Origin: Candidatus Babelota bacterium
Lineage (GTDB): Bacteria; Babelota; Babeliae; Babelales; Vermiphilaceae
Assembly (NCBI GenBank): GCA_049325595.1
Contig: JBMOLF010000015.1
Span: 32,001 to 96,000, forward strand
DNA: 64,000 nt
Direction: 5' to 3'
A model generated the notes under the pieces. It did no database searches, was not told the origin of the DNA, and saw nothing but the letters and a program-made list of their open reading frames with translations. Position numbers and translations under genes: made by a program. Of the stretch, positions 29,738-39,952 are shown piece after piece; the stretch's first letter is position 1, and every line of letters begins with the position of its first letter.

Positions 29738-30865
29738 ATGTATAAAAACTTTTTACTAATAGCACCCATGCATTCTTCTTTACTCTTACATTTATCATTA
29801 ATACCTTCTATTGGTCCTGCTACTATTGATGCATTAATTAAACGGTTACCTAGCGAACTGCTTGCGCAGATTTATCAACTTACTGCAACTGATATTATGC
29901 ACTATAGCGGGTTGTCTTACAAAATTGCTCATACTATAGTAACTGGTCTTGCTGATAAGAAAATTCTTGAAGATGAATTGTTGCTGATTGATAAATATCA
30001 TATTAATTGGGTAACTCGATACGAAGTTGATTATCCCCTATCCTTGCAACATATAACTGCTCCGCCGACAATTTTGTATTATCAAGGAGTTTTACCTGCT
30101 GATTGTAAAGGATTTGCAGTGGTAGGTTCACGCGAAGCTGATTATTATGGCCGATCTGTTATTGATCAGCTGGTTCCTTGTTTAGTGCAAGCTGGTTATT
30201 CTATTATAAGTGGTGGCGCTAAGGGCGCTGATACTATGGCGCATCAAGCAGCTCTTAATGCTCAGGGCAAAACTATAGCTATTCTAGGTTCTGGTCTCTT
30301 AAAGCCATATCCTTTGCAAAATAAAAAGTTATTTGAGGCTATTACTGCTTCTGGTGGTGCTGTAGTAAGTTCTTTTGCTCTTAATACAACAGCCATGCCA
30401 GGTAACTTTCCTGCCCGTAATCGAATTATAGCTGGCATGAGTATGGGATGCTTAGTGGTACAAGCAGCAGCACAAAGTGGTGCACGAATTACGGCTCAAT
30501 ATGCCCTTGAGCAAGGCCGAACAGTATTTGCAGTTCCTGGACTTATTACCAACCCCTTAAGTATGGGGTGCCATGAGCTTATTAAGCAGGGAGCTCATCT
30601 GGTTTCAGGTATAGAAACCATTTTTGAAGGATTGGGGTATGAGAGTATTGGGTCATCATCCCTGCCAATAAAAGAAACATTTTCCAACCAAGATGCCAGT
30701 GAAACTAATTTAATTGTCTCCCTATGTACCACTGCTCGGACTCTTGAAGAATTGCTAGAAGCAACGGGGTTGTCTATGGTCCAACTGATGGCCGACTTAT
30801 TTGAATTGCAATTGCAAGGTAAGGTTATTCAGGATGGGGCAGGCTTATGGCAGAGAAATAGCTGA
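29738..30865 (+). CDS. dprA: DNA processing protein DprA
   Basis: AVVGSR, ISGGAKGADT.AH, NFPARNRIIAG, SGARITA..A.EQGR.VFAVPG motifs. Confidence 0.95.
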   Translation: MYKNFLLIAPMHSSLLLHLSLIPSIGPATIDALIKRLPSELLAQIYQLTATDIMHYSGLSYKIAHTIVTGLADKKILEDELLLIDKYHINWVTRYEVDYPLSLQHITAPPTILYYQGVLPADCKGFAVVGSREADYYGRSVIDQLVPCLVQAGYSIISGGAKGADTMAHQAALNAQGKTIAILGSGLLKPYPLQNKKLFEAITASGGAVVSSFALNTTAMPGNFPARNRIIAGMSMGCLVVQAAAQSGARITAQYALEQGRTVFAVPGLITNPLSMGCHELIKQGAHLVSGIETIFEGLGYESIGSSSLPIKETFSNQDASETNLIVSLCTTARTLEELLEATGLSMVQLMADLFELQLQGKVIQDGAGLWQRNS

Positions 30866-30952
30866 TTTTTTGCAATTTGCGCATTATTTGCTATAATAAG
30901 CCCATAACTTTAAAAAAATTAATACACATTCAGCGATTTCATTGAGGAAAGT

Positions 30953-31216
30953 ATGCCAGTACCAAAGCGTAAACGTTCTCGTGCACGTAGAGATTCCCGT
31001 TTTGCAAATAAAGGGATTAAAGCTAAATCATTCGGTTCTTGCAAAAACTGCCAAGCACCTATCATGTCACACCAAGTATGTAAAGAGTGTGGTCACTATA
31101 AAGGTAAAAAAGTATTGGTGACTAAATCTGAAAGAGCATTAAAGCGCAATGAAGCAAAACAAGCGCAAAAAGCTCGTACTACATCACCAGAACCGGTTTC
31201 ACAAGAAGCGGAATAA
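30953..31216 (+). CDS. rpmF: 50S ribosomal protein L32
   Basis: MPVPKRKRSRARRD; CxxC...HQVCKECGHY zinc ribbon. Confidence 0.96.
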   Translation: MPVPKRKRSRARRDSRFANKGIKAKSFGSCKNCQAPIMSHQVCKECGHYKGKKVLVTKSERALKRNEAKQAQKARTTSPEPVSQEAE

Positions 31217-31222
31217 AAACAT

Positions 31223-31256
31223 AATCGCTCATTCAGCGCTTGTTGAATGAGCGATT
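31223..31256. terminator. Strong hairpin after rpmF (terminator or mRNA stabiliser; weak U tract)
   Basis: AATCGCTCATTCA / TGAATGAGCGATT 13-bp perfect inverted repeat. Confidence 0.55.
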
Positions 31257-31334
31257 AATCTATAGACCGCTTAGATTCTATCGGTAATCTTTAATTTTTA
31301 CTTTATACTGCTGGTAACGGGGAGTTAAAAAAGC

Positions 31335-32033
31335 ATGTCTAATTATTATCAAAATAATTCTGAAAAAAAATTTGATTTCTCATCATTAACATCCGAAAAA
31401 AATGTATCCATAGCGCTTACGGCACTTGTGGCAATAGGGTTATTGATAGGAGGATGGTTTTGGTATCGTTCATATACACTTTCACAAGTTCAAGCGGCAC
31501 AAAAGGTGCTTTCTTCGTGTTTAGCAGAATATGAAAAAGTCCGTGCGGGTGGTTCTTTGGCGCAATGGCAAACATTGGATGCTATGTGCTCAGCTGGCTA
31601 TGAAAAACATAAAAATAGTCCGGTTGCTCCCTATTTCTTGGCAATACAAGCTGATGCGTTTTTAGCACAAGGTAAAATAAATGAGGCGCTTGCTCTTTTA
31701 GATAAAATGGTAACTGGCTTACCAACTATGTCTCCTATGTACTATCTTTACCAAACCAAGAAAGCATTAGTAGGTCTTGATCAAGATGAAGATACATTAA
31801 AGCAAAGCGCTCTTAATGAGTTAGAAAAGCTTGCCTATAATAACGATAATCCAAATGCAGATTATGCCCTATATTATTTAGGTGAATACTATTGGCATGA
31901 GAAAAAAATAGATCAAGCACGTCAAGTTTGGCAGGATTTAGAAACACGTTTTAAATCCGATTCAAAAAATGGCCAATCTCCATGGGCGGTTCTTGCACAA
32001 TATAAATTACAACAGACAGGTTATGAGTCATAA
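31335..32033 (+). CDS. Membrane-anchored TPR protein (YfgM-like)
   Basis: N-terminal TM helix ending GGWFWY, then TPR-like helices (ALYYLGEYY..EKKIDQARQVW). Confidence 0.7.
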   Translation: MSNYYQNNSEKKFDFSSLTSEKNVSIALTALVAIGLLIGGWFWYRSYTLSQVQAAQKVLSSCLAEYEKVRAGGSLAQWQTLDAMCSAGYEKHKNSPVAPYFLAIQADAFLAQGKINEALALLDKMVTGLPTMSPMYYLYQTKKALVGLDQDEDTLKQSALNELEKLAYNNDNPNADYALYYLGEYYWHEKKIDQARQVWQDLETRFKSDSKNGQSPWAVLAQYKLQQTGYES

Positions 32034-33444
32034 TTCAATTCGTGTTAGATTTGCTCCGTCTCCGACGGGGCATTTACATATTGGTGGTTTGCGATCGGCA
32101 TTATTTAATTGGTTATATGCACGTCGTTATAATGGTACTTTTTTATTGCGTATAGAAGATACCGATATTGAACGTTCAAAAGATGAATACACCAAGGCCC
32201 TGCTTGAAGCTCTTGAATGGGCCGGTGTTCATTCTGATGAACCGATTGTTATACAATCAGAGCGCATCGAAATTCATCGTAAATTAATACATAATTTATT
32301 GCAGCAGGGTAAAGCTTATTATTGTACATGCAGTGCAGATGATGTGATTAAGCGCTTGAAAGAAAGTGGTCAAGATATTTTATTTATCAAATATGATGGC
32401 TATTGTAGGTCACGTAATAATACTCATGGGGCGGTTCGATTTAAAATTCCTGAAAATATGAGTGATATTTCTTTTCATGATCTCATACGAGGAGATATCA
32501 CGGTTAATATGGCGCAACTTGACGATTTTATTATTATGCGCACAGATGGTACCCCAATGTATAATTTTGTCGTGGTAGCTGATGATGCTCATATGAATAT
32601 ATCGCACGTAATACGTGGTGAAGAACATATTTCAAATACCCCTAAACAAATTTTGCTTTATCAAGCGCTTGAGTTTCGTATACCGAACTTTGCTCATTTG
32701 CCGTTAATTTTAGGCCCTGATGGTAATAAATTAAGTAAACGAGATGCTGCTACGGCGGTAATTGATTATAAAACTGCAGGTTATTTACCTGATGCATTAG
32801 TAAATTATTTGGTACGTTTAGGTTGGGCTCATGGTGACCAAGAAATATTTTCACGCCAAGAAATGATTGCCTCATTTTCACTTGAAGCCGTCAGTAAAAA
32901 AGGTGCCATATTTGATCAAAAAAAACTTGATTGGATGAATGGCTATTATATTCGCAATGCCGATAATAAAACTATTCGCAATCTTATTGAGCAAGATGTT
33001 GATGTATCATTTGAATCTTGTGTTGCACAATGGACAAGCGAGCAAATAAATTCTTTGATTGAGTTGTATAAGCAACGTTCACATACGCTTAAAGAATTGG
33101 CGTACCATATTATTAATTTTTCTCAAGATCCTGATACGTACATAACGGCTGATGTTATGCAATGGACTTCTGCGCAGACGCCAAGTCAACTACAAGAACT
33201 GGTTTCTTTTTTACAAGGGTATGCAGGCTCTCTTTCTGAACTTGAGCAAGCGATAAAACAATGGAGCAAGGAGCGTGGAATAAAATTAGTAGCTATTGCT
33301 CAACCAGTACGTATTGCATTACTTGGTAATAGTTCTGGACCAGGCGTATTTGATTTAATAGCAATACTTGGTATTAATAAAACGATAATACGTATTAACA
33401 AATTTATTCAATTCTTGCAGAATGAAATAAAAGCGCAATCATGA
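32023..33444 (+). CDS. gltX: Glutamyl-tRNA synthetase
   Basis: RVRFAPSPTGHLHIG, LRIEDTD, KLSKRD motifs; probable start MSHNS at 32023. Confidence 0.97.
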   Translation: MSHNSIRVRFAPSPTGHLHIGGLRSALFNWLYARRYNGTFLLRIEDTDIERSKDEYTKALLEALEWAGVHSDEPIVIQSERIEIHRKLIHNLLQQGKAYYCTCSADDVIKRLKESGQDILFIKYDGYCRSRNNTHGAVRFKIPENMSDISFHDLIRGDITVNMAQLDDFIIMRTDGTPMYNFVVVADDAHMNISHVIRGEEHISNTPKQILLYQALEFRIPNFAHLPLILGPDGNKLSKRDAATAVIDYKTAGYLPDALVNYLVRLGWAHGDQEIFSRQEMIASFSLEAVSKKGAIFDQKKLDWMNGYYIRNADNKTIRNLIEQDVDVSFESCVAQWTSEQINSLIELYKQRSHTLKELAYHIINFSQDPDTYITADVMQWTSAQTPSQLQELVSFLQGYAGSLSELEQAIKQWSKERGIKLVAIAQPVRIALLGNSSGPGVFDLIAILGINKTIIRINKFIQFLQNEIKAQS

Positions 33445-33454
33445 AAGAGATCGT

Positions 33455-33697
33455 ATGTTAAATAGAGAATCAATAAAAGAACAGGTAGTAGCTGTTATTG
33501 CAGAAAAATTAAGCATAGATAGTTCTAAAATAACCGAAGAATCTACCCTTGCTCAATTGGGTGCAGATTCTCTTGATTTAGTAGAAATTATTATGCGTTT
33601 AGAAGAAAAATTTGATATTGAAATTGATGACGAACAAGCTGAAAAATTGCAAAATGTTGGTCAGGTAATTGATTATATTCAATCATTAGTAAAATAA
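33455..33697 (+). CDS. acpP: Acyl carrier protein
   Basis: LGADSLDLVEIIM.LEEKFDIEI phosphopantetheine site. Confidence 0.96.
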   Translation: MLNRESIKEQVVAVIAEKLSIDSSKITEESTLAQLGADSLDLVEIIMRLEEKFDIEIDDEQAEKLQNVGQVIDYIQSLVK

Positions 33698-33699
33698 AG

Positions 33700-33730
33700 A
33701 AAAGCCCTAGCGCAAAACTAGGGCTTTTTT
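33700..33730. terminator. Bidirectional intrinsic terminator
   Basis: AAAAGCCCTAG-loop-CTAGGGCTTTT between convergent genes. Confidence 0.85.
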
Positions 33731-33736
33731 CGTGTT

Positions 33737-34099
33737 TTATTTTTTTATAGCTACCTTTATCTCTTTAGTTTGAGCAGGTTTCAAATGACCTTCCCAGGGT
33801 TTACGGTATGCAAAATGTAAGGTAGCATCACCTTCTTTTAATGCTTTAAATTGCCACGTTTGTTTGCCACCTTTACCAACAAGTCCTTGTGGATTTGCAT
33901 CAGGTGTATAATGTGATTCTTCAAGTCGTAGCAAAGTAGAGTCAGGTTGCTCTGCTAAATGCCAAGAATAACCAGTACTTGGATTGGACTCTAATGTTAC
34001 ATTAAAAGAAAGTCCTTTTTTAGTTGAAATTGTTTGACCATTTGCACCATACATTGCTGTTGTTAAAAGCATTGAGCTTATTAATAATAAATGTTTCAT
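33737..34099 (-). CDS. Secreted chagasin-family (I42) cysteine protease inhibitor
   Basis: LESNPSTGYSW, VGKGG and YRKPWE loop motifs; signal peptide. Confidence 0.9.
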   Translation of the reverse strand: MKHLLLISSMLLTTAMYGANGQTISTKKGLSFNVTLESNPSTGYSWHLAEQPDSTLLRLEESHYTPDANPQGLVGKGGKQTWQFKALKEGDATLHFAYRKPWEGHLKPAQTKEIKVAIKK

Positions 34100-34118
34100 A
34101 AAATACTACTCCTTTAGG

Positions 34119-35750
34119 TTAATAAGATACGCCACCTTTTAGCCACAGTCCCCATTGAGAAACTGAAATTTTATTAGGTTCTAATTGATTTAATGGTCGA
34201 ATTCCTTCAAACTCAACTTCACCACCAGCACCAATAAACGGATCTATTATGCCAAACCAACTACTACAACGTTGACCGCTGTATTGAAGATGACCAAATA
34301 TTTTATGGGTAAATGGTCTATTGGTTGCAGCTGAATTCACATTAATTGCTTGAGAAGTGATAAACACTGGTGAGTTAGGATCCATCACGCATGCTTGATT
34401 AAAGAAATTATTACCAAAAATAGTAGCGCAACTTTCAGTTGCATTACTTGGTGTGAGTAACTCAGTATAACAATTTTGAATACCTTTCATGCCGTAAGTA
34501 TTTGGTGGTAAGCATGGTACATCAGTAATTTTTTCCCGCGATCGAATCCACCCGTTGTAGCCAAGGTCTACGCCCCAATTGCAGTAGGTATATGCGGCCA
34601 TAATTACAAAATCAAATTGAAGATCAATGTGTACATTAACATCAAAGGTGAGTCGATTAATTGCTGGTACCGTAACAGTCGTGTAATTACCAAACTCGTC
34701 AAATTGTTTTATAAGAGTATATCTGCTTCCCCATCCATTTTTGCAAAGATCAAATGAGCGACGCTGGCGCGACTTAAAAAGAGTAGAAGCGTTAAATTCG
34801 CTATGAATACCTACCGTTTGTTGGCCATCTTTTTCCCACACAATCACATGCCCGGTAAAACCAAGACCAATTTCCCCGTGGTGACCGTTGCCAATTACCG
34901 GCTCAAAAAGAAATTCAGCTTTAGAGCGATTACCCGTTGGTATAACACCCAAGATGTTAAAGCCAACATGTCCTCTTCTTCGTGAAACAAAATTCCATCC
35001 TAATGCTAAATGTATATCAGCTAACCCAAATCTACTTTGTGGACAGGCAATTCTTCCAAATTGTAAGCCTTCTCGTACATCACCATACGTTAATCCTCCT
35101 TGCATTGCTTGAATAAATGAAGTAGCCGGAGCAGGAATTGCAGGCACAGACATGTATAAAGGTGGATAAGGAGTTGCGGTGCCAGGATTGATGACATTTT
35201 CGCTTAATCCCATTGAAGTTCGCGTCCATACAATAGGTGCATGAAGTCTGAAATAAAAGGATCGCCACCCCACATAGAGTGCGCCATCAATAATACCATT
35301 AATCATATGAGGATCAACAAATACATCACTTACAAATTCTGGTGATAACCCAAAATAATCGGCAAGTATATCAGGTTCACCTCGGTCAATAACTTGGCTA
35401 CCTGCTATACTTAAACAATTGGTACCAAAAAAGTATTCAGCAAGCCGTTTAGGGCGATAGGTGCGACTAAATTCACCGGTAAAATTCCATGCCCAGTACC
35501 ATCCTGGTTCATCATAGCGATTTATAAAACGATGCCAGCCAACTAGATCACGAGCTATGTTTACTCCTTGTGAACGGGGGAGTAAGAATGTTTTGCCATG
35601 TAACGGAAAGTCGCAGCATTGATCAATACATAATGGCGGGCAGTCAATGCATGAGCCACAATTGCTTGCAACACAACATTCATTTGCAAAAGATAGGGAC
35701 ATTATTCCTATCAAAAAAGTAATTCCAATACCTAAAAGCCGTAATTTCAT
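34119..35750 (-). CDS. Cys-rich outer-membrane beta-barrel-like protein (array gene 4)
   Basis: Signal peptide; PRSQG, LADYFGL, IPTGN, FEPVIGNG motifs; C-terminus QWGLWLKGGVSY. Confidence 0.72.
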   Translation of the reverse strand: MKLRLLGIGITFLIGIMSLSFANECCVASNCGSCIDCPPLCIDQCCDFPLHGKTFLLPRSQGVNIARDLVGWHRFINRYDEPGWYWAWNFTGEFSRTYRPKRLAEYFFGTNCLSIAGSQVIDRGEPDILADYFGLSPEFVSDVFVDPHMINGIIDGALYVGWRSFYFRLHAPIVWTRTSMGLSENVINPGTATPYPPLYMSVPAIPAPATSFIQAMQGGLTYGDVREGLQFGRIACPQSRFGLADIHLALGWNFVSRRRGHVGFNILGVIPTGNRSKAEFLFEPVIGNGHHGEIGLGFTGHVIVWEKDGQQTVGIHSEFNASTLFKSRQRRSFDLCKNGWGSRYTLIKQFDEFGNYTTVTVPAINRLTFDVNVHIDLQFDFVIMAAYTYCNWGVDLGYNGWIRSREKITDVPCLPPNTYGMKGIQNCYTELLTPSNATESCATIFGNNFFNQACVMDPNSPVFITSQAINVNSAATNRPFTHKIFGHLQYSGQRCSSWFGIIDPFIGAGGEVEFEGIRPLNQLEPNKISVSQWGLWLKGGVSY

Positions 35751-35780
35751 AGGAGCCTTTCTTTTTAAAGAATATGTCTA

Positions 35781-37679
35781 TTAATTGAATGACACTCCTC
35801 CTTTAAACCAAATACCCCATTCTGATAATGCTGATTGCTGGCATTTGCAACTGTCACATTCAAGAGTGCATGGATTAGTGTGCTGTGCAAATTCTACTTT
35901 GGCACCTGCACCAATATAAGGGATCCATTCACACCAGTGCGGCCCCCAGGCATACGAAACATGGGTGAAGAATTTATGTGATAATCCTTTGGTGCGTGCT
36001 GAAAATAAATCAATATCAGAGTTAGCGATAAAAATAGGCTCTTGAGATGTTTTGGTTTGTAATCCGGTGACTAAATCATTAATGTCTGCGCCAGCAGTAT
36101 TATCTTCTAAAAAGCGGGCAAATTTAGAATTATCTACACCCGGATTTCGGGTTGGTTGAATGCCATCGATACCACCATCTAAAGGATTTGGTCCGACAAA
36201 ATTATTTCTACCGGTATGAATAGTTGCCGTATCTTGTGTTGCTGATAGCGGAATAGGTTGATTGGCGGTTATAGGGTCGATAGTATTTGCAGCAAATCCA
36301 TACACAAATGAATCACCTTTGAGTGCCCATATTCTGTTGCCATCTAGAGGAGCTGGGCATGTACAGGTATAGCGTAATTTTTCACAACTTCTTGTCCAGA
36401 AGTTGTATCCCATATCCCATCCCCACCCACAATTGGTATAATTAAATAATAAAACAAGATCAAATTGAGCAGCAATACGTGATTCAACATCAAAAGTGGT
36501 TAAATTAGCAACGGAGGTAAACACATTTTGAAATTGTGCTATTGGAGCCACGCTATTTGATACGTCGCCTGGGTCAGTATTGGCAAAAAGGTTATACACC
36601 GGCACACCAAGCATACTTGCTAAAGCATAACGGCTGTTTGGACGATCGATCAAATCAAATGAGCGGCGTTGACGTGCACTAAATAAATGTGTGAGATTAA
36701 AATCAAAATACATGCCGCATGATTGTTGACTGTTTTTACTACGCCAGAACGTGTAATGACTAGTAAAACCAAATCCTAATTCCCAATGGTGACCATTTCC
36801 TACAAGAGGTTCAAATAAGTATTCGCCGGTAGGGCGGTTTCCTGTAGGAGCAGCTCCGCGTAAATTTAAGCCAATATGATAATCATCCGATTGGGCAAAA
36901 TTCCATCCCAGTGCACCTTGTACATCGGACAAGGTAGTTTTATTGCGTGTTCTGCGATATAATCGAGCATTTTTTAATGATTCAAATGTAACTAAACATC
37001 CTAAATTGGGCGTTGCACAACCGGTTAAAAAATCTGTTGCTGATTCCACTAACTGTGCGCGATCAACACCTGCTGTGCTTTCATTAAAATAACCAGGCAA
37101 ATAAGCTGAGCTACCACGATCAATAACTTTTTCACAAAAATTAAGATCCCACCGAGTATGAACTATGGGCGCATGGAAACGTAAATAAAGACCTTCAACC
37201 CATTCATCAAGCCCTAAATAAAAACTCAGATCAATCATTAAATTGGTAATGCGGGGTTCAAATGTTAAAATACTTTGATAATCAGTCGGTAAGCCAAAAT
37301 AATCTGCAAGCCAATCAGTGCAACCACGATTAGGAACTAGGCTACCTGAGACTTTAATAAATCCACAACGAGTATCATCTTTGCAGAGCTGGCAATCAAT
37401 ATCTGAAGTTGATAATAAATCTACACCAAACAAAGTTTGTGCAATATCACATGATTTAAAAGAACGTGTGTACTCGGGTGTAAAACCAATAACACCGTAT
37501 ACACGACACATATCATATAAATTAATAAGTTGTGTCCATCCAACTAAATCACGCGCTGCATCTTCACTTTGAGAGCGTGGATAAAAAAATGGCGTAACAC
37601 CAAAAACAGAAGAGCTAACTATACTGGTAAATGAAATAACATATAATAATTTTTTAGTAAGGCGATGCATAATACCCAC
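35781..37679 (-). CDS. Cys-rich outer-membrane beta-barrel-like protein (array gene 3)
   Basis: Same motifs as its paralogs; C-terminus EWGIWFKGGVSFN. Confidence 0.72.
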   Translation of the reverse strand: MGIMHRLTKKLLYVISFTSIVSSSVFGVTPFFYPRSQSEDAARDLVGWTQLINLYDMCRVYGVIGFTPEYTRSFKSCDIAQTLFGVDLLSTSDIDCQLCKDDTRCGFIKVSGSLVPNRGCTDWLADYFGLPTDYQSILTFEPRITNLMIDLSFYLGLDEWVEGLYLRFHAPIVHTRWDLNFCEKVIDRGSSAYLPGYFNESTAGVDRAQLVESATDFLTGCATPNLGCLVTFESLKNARLYRRTRNKTTLSDVQGALGWNFAQSDDYHIGLNLRGAAPTGNRPTGEYLFEPLVGNGHHWELGFGFTSHYTFWRSKNSQQSCGMYFDFNLTHLFSARQRRSFDLIDRPNSRYALASMLGVPVYNLFANTDPGDVSNSVAPIAQFQNVFTSVANLTTFDVESRIAAQFDLVLLFNYTNCGWGWDMGYNFWTRSCEKLRYTCTCPAPLDGNRIWALKGDSFVYGFAANTIDPITANQPIPLSATQDTATIHTGRNNFVGPNPLDGGIDGIQPTRNPGVDNSKFARFLEDNTAGADINDLVTGLQTKTSQEPIFIANSDIDLFSARTKGLSHKFFTHVSYAWGPHWCEWIPYIGAGAKVEFAQHTNPCTLECDSCKCQQSALSEWGIWFKGGVSFN

Positions 37680-37706
37680 TCCTTGATTGCAATAGTTGTT
37701 TTAAAA

Positions 37707-37736
37707 ACTGTAACACGGCGCGTTTTATTGCTTCAA
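37707..37736 (-). promoter_or_regulatory. Putative sigma70 extended -10 promoter for array gene 3
   Basis: TTGAAG-N18-TACAGT with TG before the -10; same layout recurs at 39811-39840. Confidence 0.5.
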
Positions 37737-37746
37737 GAAAAGAAGT

Positions 37747-37776
37747 AAAAAGGCCCGGTCTTTATGACCAGGCCTT
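37747..37776 (-). terminator. Intrinsic terminator after array gene 2
   Basis: AAGGCC.GGTC / GACC.GGCCTT hairpin with an adjacent A tract. Confidence 0.7.
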
Positions 37777-37799
37777 GTTGGTTTACTAATTGCTGTTGA

Positions 37800-39764
37800 T
37801 TAATAATCAAAAGCAAAGCCACCTTTGAGCCAAATACCCCATTCAGACAAGTTGCATGTTTTGCAGCATGTTTGAGTATTAGGATTTACATTAATGTTAG
37901 CAGTTGATACGCAGTCGCTTACGCAGCATCCAGTATCACATGAGGTATCGTTAGTGCAGCAGCTTGAACCACGTTTGTGTGCAAATTCTGCTTTACCACC
38001 AATTCCTAAGAATGGAGTCCAGCATTCAAAGCAATCATTCCATGTATAGCTCAAATGAGCAAATACTTTGCTTGATAAACCACGGCTGCGAGCAGCAACT
38101 AAGTCTACATCTTCATTGCGTAAGAAGATTGGATCATTAGATGTTCTGGTTTGAATTAAATCAGCAGGAGAAATATCAAGATTATTACCAAGACCAGTTG
38201 CTCCAGCAGTAAAACGTGCAAATTGTGGATTATCAATACCAGGATTTGCGCGATCAGTGATCACAAAATCATTACCTGGAGTTGTATTGGTACCCGAATT
38301 GATTGTTGCTTGACTTTCTGTTGCAGATAACGCTACTGGTAATCCACTGCTACGTCGGAAGCCATATACACTGGCATCACCTTTAAGTGCCCAGTTTCGA
38401 GTAGCAAATTCAGTTTGGTCATCACAGCAAGCAAAGCGGATTTTCTCGCAGCTTCTACCCCAGAAATTATAACCAATATCAAATGAGAAATCGCATTTGG
38501 TAAAGTTGAACAATGCTACAACATCTGCTTGTATACCACTGCTCACTTTAACATCTAAGGTTGTTAAGTTAGCAACTGGGGTAATTAAGTTTTTAAATTG
38601 TGCAATTGGTGCTTGGCTACCAGCAACATCACCCGGTAGTGGGTTTGCAAATAAGGTGTTAACTGGTACATCAAGGCGTTCTGCAAGCATATAACGGCTA
38701 TTTGGTCTACCTACTAAATCAAATGAGCGTAATTGGCGTGTTCTGAATAAGTGAGTAATTTTAGCATCAACATAAATTCCCCAGCTTGCATCATTACATG
38801 CGTTGCGCCAGAAAGTCCAGTGTGATGTTAAAATACCACCAAATTCCCAGTGTTTACCATTACCTACGATTGGTTCAAATAACCATTCACTTTGTGGACG
38901 ACGGCCAGTCGGTGCAGCAACACGAGCAGCAATACCAAAATGATAATCTTCATCTTGCGCAAAGTTGTAACCAAGATCAAAACGAACTTCAGCTACTCCA
39001 TTGTCTGTTAATGAACACTTAGAAAATTTTGAATTTTTAAGCGGCTCTACAAAAACATTTTGATTTGATTGGGCTAAGTTTTGGAAAAAAAGACCTCTGC
39101 CGCCGGATGCATATTCAGTAAATTCATAACGTAATTGGGTGCGTGGCACTGCTACTGCAGCAAAATAACCAGCATCATAACCATTAACGCCTTCTGCAGT
39201 AACCGTTTCGCAATAGTCTAAATCCCATTTTGTATGTACAAAAGGAACATCAATACGTGCCCATAATCCGCACGCTAAACCGTCAAGTCCAAGATACAAA
39301 TTAAAGTCAGCAATTGCATTGCTTACTTTTGGTTTAAAACACACAGTGCTTTCAAAATCGGTTGGTAATCCAAAATAATCAGCTAACCAATCAGTTGCTG
39401 CACGGCCAGCTACGCGGCTACCAGAAATTTTAATGCAATGATCGTTATCGCATTCATTGCAAGAAGTAGTGCATGTTGTTGGACAATTTGTAGGGCATGT
39501 ATTGCAGGTATCAAATGGTCCAAAAAGACAATCGAAAATTCTACCTGGTCTGAATGAACGTGTTCCTTCAAGAGTTAACGCAGCAACCCCATAGAAGCAG
39601 TCTTTGCCAAATAAGTTTATAAGATGTGTTTCTCCGACTAATTCTCGTGCCGCATCTACGCCTTGAGAGCGAATGCTAAAATAGGGTAAGGCACCATCCA
39701 TGTTGCTGCTTATACCCACCATAATGGCTAGGCTAAGCAATGGTTTAAGGTGTGATCGCATCAT
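37800..39764 (-). CDS. Cys-rich outer-membrane beta-barrel-like protein (array gene 2)
   Basis: Same motifs as its paralogs; Cys-rich inserts near both ends; C-terminus EWGIWLKGGFAFDY. Confidence 0.72.
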   Translation of the reverse strand: MMRSHLKPLLSLAIMVGISSNMDGALPYFSIRSQGVDAARELVGETHLINLFGKDCFYGVAALTLEGTRSFRPGRIFDCLFGPFDTCNTCPTNCPTTCTTSCNECDNDHCIKISGSRVAGRAATDWLADYFGLPTDFESTVCFKPKVSNAIADFNLYLGLDGLACGLWARIDVPFVHTKWDLDYCETVTAEGVNGYDAGYFAAVAVPRTQLRYEFTEYASGGRGLFFQNLAQSNQNVFVEPLKNSKFSKCSLTDNGVAEVRFDLGYNFAQDEDYHFGIAARVAAPTGRRPQSEWLFEPIVGNGKHWEFGGILTSHWTFWRNACNDASWGIYVDAKITHLFRTRQLRSFDLVGRPNSRYMLAERLDVPVNTLFANPLPGDVAGSQAPIAQFKNLITPVANLTTLDVKVSSGIQADVVALFNFTKCDFSFDIGYNFWGRSCEKIRFACCDDQTEFATRNWALKGDASVYGFRRSSGLPVALSATESQATINSGTNTTPGNDFVITDRANPGIDNPQFARFTAGATGLGNNLDISPADLIQTRTSNDPIFLRNEDVDLVAARSRGLSSKVFAHLSYTWNDCFECWTPFLGIGGKAEFAHKRGSSCCTNDTSCDTGCCVSDCVSTANINVNPNTQTCCKTCNLSEWGIWLKGGFAFDY

Positions 39765-39810
39765 AGGCTACTCCTTTTTTTTGGATAGGGGTTGTATGCA
39801 ATTTTTCAGT

Positions 39811-39840
39811 ACTCTAACATAGACGGTAGCTCTGTTTCAA
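39811..39840 (-). promoter_or_regulatory. Putative sigma70 extended -10 promoter for array gene 2
   Basis: TTGAAA-N18-TAGAGT with TG before the -10. Confidence 0.5.
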
Positions 39841-39877
39841 GAAAATAGCGATCAATCTTTTATAATGAGGCTATTAC

Positions 39878-39911
39878 AAAAAACAAGAGCTCGGTATTAT
39901 CCGAGCTCTTG
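39878..39911 (-). terminator. Intrinsic terminator after array gene 1
   Basis: CAAGAGCTCGG / CCGAGCTCTTG 11-bp stem with an adjacent A tract. Confidence 0.8.
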
Positions 39912-39952
39912 CTGTACTAGTTTTGTTTGCATTGATTTTTACAAACTAAACC

